Of a stretch of 64,000 bases of DNA, positions 58,321 through 64,000 are shown one piece after another. The position numbers and the translations under genes are program-made. The DNA is from Escherichia phage ELT1. The stretch lies in sequence record MZ892903.1; one strand, given 5' to 3'. Below the pieces are notes generated by a model. That model did not search any database. It was not told the origin of the DNA and worked only from the letters and a program-made list of their open reading frames with translations. Every line of letters starts with the position of its first letter. The first letter of the stretch is position 1.

Positions 58321-59244
58321 TTAAGATTTAAGTAAATCGACAATTTTAATTAACTTTTCACGCTCAGATTTAGCTTTACTACTCAGTCCAGATAGTCTGA
58401 AAATTTCATCATCATATTGTTGAATAGAAATATTCAGCTCTTCAATCTGTTTATTAAAATAATCAATTTGTTCAGAATGTTTTTCGTTACTACGAACTGG
58501 TACAGGTTTCGTAGGCAATGTAGTTGAACTGGATTCATCCGGGCGATAAATTAAAATACAACTTGAACCAATAGAGCATTTTGCACCAGATGAATATTCT
58601 AATGTTCCAACTTCTTTTAAAACTTCAAAAGCTAAACAGAGATGATGCCCCATATTGACATAATCTGTAGAGCGAGCTCTGATGTAATAATCATCTCCAC
58701 GAATACTAAATTTAAAGAATTTAAGGTCTTCTGTATTATTGGTCTTAAAAATCATTTGTTTATCTAGACCTTTAGCTAATCGAGCACCTAATGCTAATAA
58801 TCGTCGTTGATTTTCCCACAAATCCGCAATCATTTGGTCGAATGATAATTTTGGCATTAGTCGACCATAAAGGTCATATCCTTTATTATAATTGCGAAGA
58901 ATTTCACTCGCGTTAATGCGAGACAACGCTCCAATTTTATTAAGGACTTTCATGATGCGATTAGATAAAAGCATTCCAGACTCGTTTGTTCGTTGTAAAT
59001 GTTTTTCTAATCCAAATCCAATATCAACTTTAAATTTATCTAAAATTTCAGCATGAACATCTTTATCAATAACATTTAAATTTAGTACTGGGTTAAATTT
59101 ATGAAAAAATTTATCTGACTCGTCGCGTTGAAGTACAGTCCATTCATTTGATTTTTTATTAACTAAAGATTTAATTACTGCATTGACATTATTAATTGCT
59201 ACTGACATATTTTCCTCACTCAATTTCAATTTTACTAAATACAC
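58321..59244 (-). CDS. hypothetical protein, 307 aa, coiled-coil C-terminus; likely paralog of 57293-58312
   Basis: similar central pattern (R..L..RL.KG.D) and C-terminal coiled coil. Confidence 0.5.
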   Translation of the reverse strand: MYLVKLKLSEENMSVAINNVNAVIKSLVNKKSNEWTVLQRDESDKFFHKFNPVLNLNVIDKDVHAEILDKFKVDIGFGLEKHLQRTNESGMLLSNRIMKVLNKIGALSRINASEILRNYNKGYDLYGRLMPKLSFDQMIADLWENQRRLLALGARLAKGLDKQMIFKTNNTEDLKFFKFSIRGDDYYIRARSTDYVNMGHHLCLAFEVLKEVGTLEYSSGAKCSIGSSCILIYRPDESSSTTLPTKPVPVRSNEKHSEQIDYFNKQIEELNISIQQYDDEIFRLSGLSSKAKSEREKLIKIVDLLKS

Positions 59245-59623
59245 AGAATATGATGGAACAGACTATATAAGCACCACACACAGATTGAACTAATACCATT
59301 CCAAAGAACCAAACAATATTATCAAACAATGTCTGTTTTACGTCAAAAGGACGTAAACTTACAGTAATATTATCGCCTTTTTCTATTGAAGAATACATCT
59401 CTGGGGAAATATATTCACTAAATCTATAACCGTCTTTGAGTTCATATATAGCAATAAACGATAAACTAGACCCCTTTCCTTGTGTTCCTGTAATAGTATT
59501 AACTACAGTAACATCATAATCTTTATAATGCATATAATCATTAATTGCGTAATAACCATATGCAATTGCTATACATAAACAACATATCAATAAATTCAAT
59601 CTTTTAATTATCAACTGTTTCAT
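59216..59623 (-). CDS. hypothetical membrane protein, 135 aa
   Basis: two hydrophobic segments. Confidence 0.45.
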   Translation of the reverse strand: MKQLIIKRLNLLICCLCIAIAYGYYAINDYMHYKDYDVTVVNTITGTQGKGSSLSFIAIYELKDGYRFSEYISPEMYSSIEKGDNITVSLRPFDVKQTLFDNIVWFFGMVLVQSVCGAYIVCSIIFCVFSKIEIE

Positions 59624-59678
59624 AATAATCTCAATTAAAAGGGCTTAGAACCATTATACCATCCTTGGTATAAAGCAG

Positions 59679-60206
59679 TTATGCGAGTACCGTCTTTAAC
59701 CGTTCTTCAAACTTCCGAAGAGTATTTTGGCGTTCAGCTCTTTGCTTTTTGTAAGTTTCAATACGCTCTGAAATGAGAGTGTATCGTTCATTTACTGATT
59801 CTTTCATAAAATCAGGAATTTCACGAGAAGCTTTAATCTCGTCAAATTTATCAATAACAGCTTGCTCTTCAGCAATTAAGTTATCATACATCAAAATATC
59901 TTTCTTGATGAACTCAATATCTTCTTGAGTTACACGAGATAATTTAGATGCTTTATCCTTTTTGTACTGTTCGTTAGTATCACGAGACCAGTGTAATGTA
60001 CGATTTTTATTCGTATTCTTGTAAATTTCTACAATACCAATCTCATCAATAATAACGATCCAATTCCAACGGGATTTGTAAATTTGTCCTCCATCAACCG
60101 TGATTTCACCTCCGATTGAGATGTCATTAAAGAACTTGCTTTGTGCTTCAGATTTAAATTTACCATCGTTGTAATTTACCAGGTTGAAAATATCTTTAGC
60201 GTTCAT
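59679..60206 (-). CDS. hypothetical protein, 175 aa
   Basis: ORF track. Confidence 0.5.
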   Translation of the reverse strand: MNAKDIFNLVNYNDGKFKSEAQSKFFNDISIGGEITVDGGQIYKSRWNWIVIIDEIGIVEIYKNTNKNRTLHWSRDTNEQYKKDKASKLSRVTQEDIEFIKKDILMYDNLIAEEQAVIDKFDEIKASREIPDFMKESVNERYTLISERIETYKKQRAERQNTLRKFEERLKTVLA

Positions 60207-60227
60207 TTTGTGTTCCTCCGTAGTTGA

Positions 60228-60266
60228 TAGTTGTATAGTACCACAGAGGAACAGTCTTGTAAACCA
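60228..60266 (-). promoter_or_regulatory. T4-type early promoter
   Basis: GTTTAC (revcomp) 60259-60264, -10 GTATAGTACCAC 60233-60244. Confidence 0.45.
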
Positions 60267-60581
60267 CTAAAAGAAACTTCTTTCACAATTTTTTCCACTG
60301 AACCATGCGCTCACTGCTTTCTTAGTCTCAGGAGCAGTGTTATCCATAAACCATTCAAAGGCAGCCTTTTTATGATTCTGGAGGGCTTCTCGGGCTTTAA
60401 TCTGCTCACGGTCTATTAACACTAACATATGAGCCTTTCTTGTCACCAGGGGCTTCTTATGATTTTTTGAATACTCCCAATCATTTGTCCATCGCATCGT
60501 TGTTGCGAATTGAAGTACAGCTTCTTTAATCTTAGTTTCGTAAATTTCACGAGCCTTTGAGTATAACATCATTACCTCCAT
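60267..60581 (-). CDS. hypothetical protein, 104 aa
   Basis: ORF track. Confidence 0.45.
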   Translation of the reverse strand: MEVMMLYSKAREIYETKIKEAVLQFATTMRWTNDWEYSKNHKKPLVTRKAHMLVLIDREQIKAREALQNHKKAAFEWFMDNTAPETKKAVSAWFSGKNCERSFF

Positions 60582-60671
60582 TTACCAGTTTAATTCTAGT
60601 CATCTTTTTAACGGCAGTCCATATAATCTATTTCTGAACTGCCTTTTTGTCTTAGAAGTCCTCTTATGAAT

Positions 60672-61652
60672 TTATTTCAGAAGAGTAACCTCAGCAATTT
60701 CTTGCCAACCGTTTTTGTCGGTCATAATAAAGTCAGCAAGATAAAGTGCAGTACGCAGTGAAACATTACGTAAACGGTTAACATTGACTTTCATCCATGA
60801 TAATGCTTTATAAGTTTCTTCATCAGAAAGACCACGCTTTTGCATCATGTCGGTTGAAAGAATAACATCTTCAACCCTGACCATAATTTCTTCATTAGTG
60901 TGAACACCCAAATCTAAATAAACTGAGCGGGACACTAATGCTTGTAAATGTGGAGCAAGTTTAGTACCACGGTCTAATTCGCGGTCAATGTCAACGTTTG
61001 TGATAAAAACAATCGTTCCTTTAAATTCAAACTCACGCTCAATGCCTTTTTCTTCTAAGTAAGAAGATGCGGTGCTCCAGCAGACTTTACGGGTCTCTCC
61101 GGTGTCCAGAGCAGCTTTCAGAAGATTAAGAATGTCCATATCAGAGAAAACATCCACATCATCAATCAAAAGGACAGAATTCTCTTCACGATTATTCCAG
61201 AGCTGTTCATAAAGACCGATACCAGAGATTTTACCGTTAATGCTTTTATATTCAATGTATCCATTATCATTTGCTTTATTTAAAGCTTTATCTAAAGAAT
61301 ACGTTTTACCAATACCCGCCGCACCAGAGATAATTAATGAACGAATGTTTCCGTTAATAATACCATTCGTCATCATTCCCATAACATTAAATCTTTTATT
61401 AATGCGGGTTTTCATATCTTCATATGATTCTTTAACTTCTTCAACTTTTACACCATCATATGAAATGTCTGATTTGTAAACCCAAACACCGCGACGCTTA
61501 CCGTCAATTTCAACAAAAACTTTACCATCTCCTTGTGCATCTACCGGAGCATTATCTGGGAACCATTCGCCTAAGAGCTCAAAAGTTCCAGAGATTTCTT
61601 TACCGAAGTAGATACCCTTATTGATAGTTACAGTTTTCATTTTATTCTCCAA
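60672..61652 (-). CDS. predicted AAA+/P-loop ATPase, 326 aa
   Basis: Walker A GAAGIGKT, Walker B LLIDDVDVF, sensor-like FITN. Confidence 0.55.
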   Translation of the reverse strand: MENKMKTVTINKGIYFGKEISGTFELLGEWFPDNAPVDAQGDGKVFVEIDGKRRGVWVYKSDISYDGVKVEEVKESYEDMKTRINKRFNVMGMMTNGIINGNIRSLIISGAAGIGKTYSLDKALNKANDNGYIEYKSINGKISGIGLYEQLWNNREENSVLLIDDVDVFSDMDILNLLKAALDTGETRKVCWSTASSYLEEKGIEREFEFKGTIVFITNVDIDRELDRGTKLAPHLQALVSRSVYLDLGVHTNEEIMVRVEDVILSTDMMQKRGLSDEETYKALSWMKVNVNRLRNVSLRTALYLADFIMTDKNGWQEIAEVTLLK

Positions 61653-61669
61653 TTTTACATTTGTTTTGA

Positions 61670-61708
61670 TAGGGTAATAGTATCACACTACTACCCTACT
61701 GTAAACAA
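61670..61708 (-). promoter_or_regulatory. T4-type early promoter with flanking inverted repeat
   Basis: GTTTAC (revcomp) 61701-61706, -10 TAATAGTATCAC 61674-61685, AGGGTA...TACCCT palindrome. Confidence 0.45.
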
Positions 61709-61709
61709 T

Positions 61710-61973
61710 TTATTTTAATGTTTGCCAAATTTTTACTGCTTCGCGACGAGATACTTCTACAGCTCCAAGTTCTACAGCTTTTTGGCGTCGCCGAGCGTGT
61801 AAGTCATAATGTTTAATGCGTTTATCTTGAAACCAAGAACGTTTCATTCCTATTGCTTCTGCCATTTTATGAAGCTCTTCAATATCTCCATCAGTGAACA
61901 TATGACAATTTTTAGTTGGATGACCGCGAAGTTTCCATCCATGATTCATTAAAACATCTACGTAAACTGTCAT
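61710..61973 (-). CDS. hypothetical protein, 87 aa
   Basis: ORF track. Confidence 0.45.
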   Translation of the reverse strand: MTVYVDVLMNHGWKLRGHPTKNCHMFTDGDIEELHKMAEAIGMKRSWFQDKRIKHYDLHARRRQKAVELGAVEVSRREAVKIWQTLK

Positions 61974-62188
61974 TGATTCTTCTCCAAATAAGTTTCGATA
62001 ATTTTCTGAGCGAGATAAACTGCATTATCTTCAGTTGCATCTTCTAAGAAACTTTCAAAACACTCTGAAATTTCTTCTGTGTCAATCAACTTTTTTACTT
62101 CAATTGGTGTAATTTTCATTTTGTTTTTCCGTTTAAGTGTTTGTTTTGATAGTTGTATAGTACCATAAAGCTTTATGCTTGTAAACAA
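61970..62188 (-). CDS. hypothetical protein, 72 aa
   Basis: ORF track. Confidence 0.4.
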   Translation of the reverse strand: MFTSIKLYGTIQLSKQTLKRKNKMKITPIEVKKLIDTEEISECFESFLEDATEDNAVYLAQKIIETYLEKNQ

Positions 62189-62200
62189 CTTTGTGAAAAA
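62150..62200 (-). promoter_or_regulatory. T4-type early promoter with A/T-rich upstream element
   Basis: GTTTAC (revcomp) 62181-62186, -10 GTATAGTACCAT ~62153-62164. Confidence 0.45.
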
Positions 62201-62211
62201 TTTTTGAAATA

Positions 62212-62236
62212 AAAAAGGGAGCCCGAAGGCTCCCTA
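62212..62236 (-). terminator. intrinsic terminator
   Basis: GGGAGCC-CGAA-GGCTCCC flanked by A/T runs. Confidence 0.55.
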
Positions 62237-63247
62237 TCATTTATAATAACTTCGGTGGTTTTCAAGATAGACCTTCTCAAGGAAGTCATCCCAGAAACTC
62301 ATGTCTACTGTTTTAGGCATACCGTTCTTAGAAGCTTCAGTAGATGCTGCTTCTACTTGATCGACCACATCTTCCAAAAACTCTTGAACTGTTTTAAATG
62401 GATGTTTACCCAACTTCACGTCGAGAATAAATGGAGCGTCTTGGAGTGGATAAACCAAGTCACCAGTTTTGTAAATTTCCAATAGTTGAAGTCCACCGCG
62501 ACAAGCATGGCTCAGAGCTTTCCAGTCAATACCTTCATTGGCTTCGGCCTTACGAGCACGTTCACCGTATTCAGCATCTAATTTGTTCAGTGACTGCTTA
62601 AGCTCAATAAGAGAAAGAGTTGTCTGATATTTACGACCCAACACTGTGTAAAACGTCTGTGGGCCTGTTTTCTCATGATTATGGAACACCCATTCACAGA
62701 ATTCGTTTTCTGGAAGACGATGCTTAATATCTTCAACTTTAGTGCGGCGAAGTCTATCAGGGATTCCTTCTTGATAGTCGACCCACTGGTCAGGGATTTG
62801 ATTAACTACTTTCAATACATCGCGTAATGCAGCCAAACGAGAACCCTTGACGCCGTATTTAGAAGCTTGCTTGCGGACATATCCTAAATATGATTTCATG
62901 TTAGTCGTATAAAAACGAGAACGGTTGTCTTGAATAAACTTCCACACATCAGGCAAATCAGATTTAACCACTAGTTCAGGTGGAGTGTGAAGCATATCCA
63001 ATGCTACGGTTTCACCATCTGCTGCTAATTTAAAGAAATATTTAAGACTGTATAGTTCATGGTCAATATCATCTTTGGTGTTTTTAGATGATGTGTTGTT
63101 AGTGTTTTTACTCATATGCTCTTTAACATTTCCGATAAGAATATCACGAGCAGGAGGAACAAAGATTTCTTTAAAATCTACATCAGATTCTGGAGTAGAA
63201 GTTCCATAAAGATGACTACCAAAATAAGACTTAACTACAGTTTTCAT
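62237..63247 (-). CDS. predicted Pol-beta-superfamily nucleotidyltransferase, 336 aa
   Basis: N-terminal GSHLYGTSTPESDVDF (GS...DxD) plus downstream acidic residue; helical C-terminal region. Confidence 0.45.
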   Translation of the reverse strand: MKTVVKSYFGSHLYGTSTPESDVDFKEIFVPPARDILIGNVKEHMSKNTNNTSSKNTKDDIDHELYSLKYFFKLAADGETVALDMLHTPPELVVKSDLPDVWKFIQDNRSRFYTTNMKSYLGYVRKQASKYGVKGSRLAALRDVLKVVNQIPDQWVDYQEGIPDRLRRTKVEDIKHRLPENEFCEWVFHNHEKTGPQTFYTVLGRKYQTTLSLIELKQSLNKLDAEYGERARKAEANEGIDWKALSHACRGGLQLLEIYKTGDLVYPLQDAPFILDVKLGKHPFKTVQEFLEDVVDQVEAASTEASKNGMPKTVDMSFWDDFLEKVYLENHRSYYK

Positions 63248-63431
63248 TATTCCACCTAATCATTTCAAGATATTGAACTAACTTAGCTTTAGATTTATCC
63301 AAATCCTTTTTAGCTGCTTCTATACCGTCGTATGAATATCCTTCACAATGCTCAACTGCCAATTGGTATGAATCTATTTCAACATCACGTGCTAATTTAA
63401 TGATTTTTTCAAACTGTTCACGTGTTAACAT
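63231..63431 (-). CDS. hypothetical protein, 66 aa
   Basis: ORF track. Confidence 0.4.
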   Translation of the reverse strand: MLTREQFEKIIKLARDVEIDSYQLAVEHCEGYSYDGIEAAKKDLDKSKAKLVQYLEMIRWNNENCS

Positions 63432-63433
63432 AC

Positions 63434-63652
63434 TTAAACTCTCGTATTATGATCAATAATTTCATCAAGAAACATATCTAACGCTTCTACAGCATTATCA
63501 ACTTTAGCTTCAAATTCTTCAATACCTGATAAGGCAAAGTTAATGCGTTCCTCATCTGCTTTACGAATTAAAGCTACCAATTCTTTAATCTTATCCGCTT
63601 GTTCGATACTAATCATTATTCCACCACATATGAAAGAGAGAATATTGCACAC
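63434..63652 (-). CDS. hypothetical protein, 72 aa
   Basis: ORF track. Confidence 0.4.
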   Translation of the reverse strand: MCNILSFICGGIMISIEQADKIKELVALIRKADEERINFALSGIEEFEAKVDNAVEALDMFLDEIIDHNTRV

Positions 63653-63849
63653 GCCATATGAGTTGCAGCTTCATCACACATATCATAACGTTTCTTAAGA
63701 AGTTCTACAAGTTCTTCACTAGTGACTTCATCCATGTCGACGAAAAAATCACCATTAATGATGACGTAGATATTTCCTTCTTGATTAAGTGCTTCAATTT
63801 TCATGATGTTCTCCTCTTTATCCGATAGTTGTATAGTACCACAGCTCAA
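63616..63849 (-). CDS. hypothetical protein, 77 aa
   Basis: ORF track. Confidence 0.4.
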   Translation of the reverse strand: MSCGTIQLSDKEENIMKIEALNQEGNIYVIINGDFFVDMDEVTSEELVELLKKRYDMCDEAATHMACAIFSLSYVVE

Positions 63850-63866
63850 ACGGAAAGTAAACCGGT
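63828..63866 (-). promoter_or_regulatory. T4-type early promoter
   Basis: GTTTAC (revcomp) 63858-63863, -10 GTATAGTACCAC 63830-63842. Confidence 0.45.
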
Positions 63867-63875
63867 AAAATGAAA

Positions 63876-63897
63876 AAAGTCTCCCGAAGGAGACTAA
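63876..63897 (-). terminator. intrinsic terminator
   Basis: AGTCTCC-CGAA-GGAGACT flanked by A/T runs. Confidence 0.5.
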
Positions 63898-63899
63898 TG

Positions 63900-64000
63900 T
63901 TATTCGAGGGAAAGAAGATACTTACTCTGGTAAAACATTCCAGTAATATCATCTATCGTGCTTTGGATGGCTGGAGGCATTTCTTTATAAATGCTGTTAG
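63900..64000 (-). CDS. 3' end of a gene continuing beyond the right edge (partial)
   Basis: open frame ending ...[12 protein letters not shown]-stop at 63900-63902, followed by terminator. Confidence 0.3.
   Translation of the reverse strand, partial: NSIYKEMPPAIQSTIDDITGMFYQSKYLLSLE

Overview
The window reads as a T4-like (Tevenvirinae) phage early/middle gene region, transcribed almost entirely from the minus strand. Gene order by increasing coordinate: motA fragment, 52, ac, stp, ndd, small hydrophobic ORFs, denB, rIIB, rIIA, 60 (with the 50-nt translational bypass), mobA, 39, goF, cef, motB, dexA, dda, srd, modA, modB, soc, 56, HNH endonuclease, dam, 61, sp, dmd, 41, 40, uvsX, glycosyltransferase, seg-like endonuclease, 42, imm, 43, regA, 62, 44, 45, rpbA, 46, 47, a-gt, 55, nrdH, nrdG, HNH endonuclease, nrdD (group I intron carrying I-TevII), 49, nrdC, then a block of accessory ORFs. 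All calls rest on translations from the ORF track or my own reading of the sequence, compared against recalled T4 protein sequences, lengths and gene order; no database search was run. The most unusual feature is uvsX, which is fractured into two ORFs by a split intein with a free-standing GIY-YIG endonuclease gene between the halves. Other deviations from T4 include a GT-A-like glycosyltransferase where T4 has b-gt, an HNH gene between 56 and dam with no segF, a truncated motA at the left edge, and apparent single-base frameshifts in modA and two small genes. A ~60-bp early-promoter motif and GC-stem tetraloop terminators recur throughout. No rRNA, tRNA or CRISPR array was recognised.
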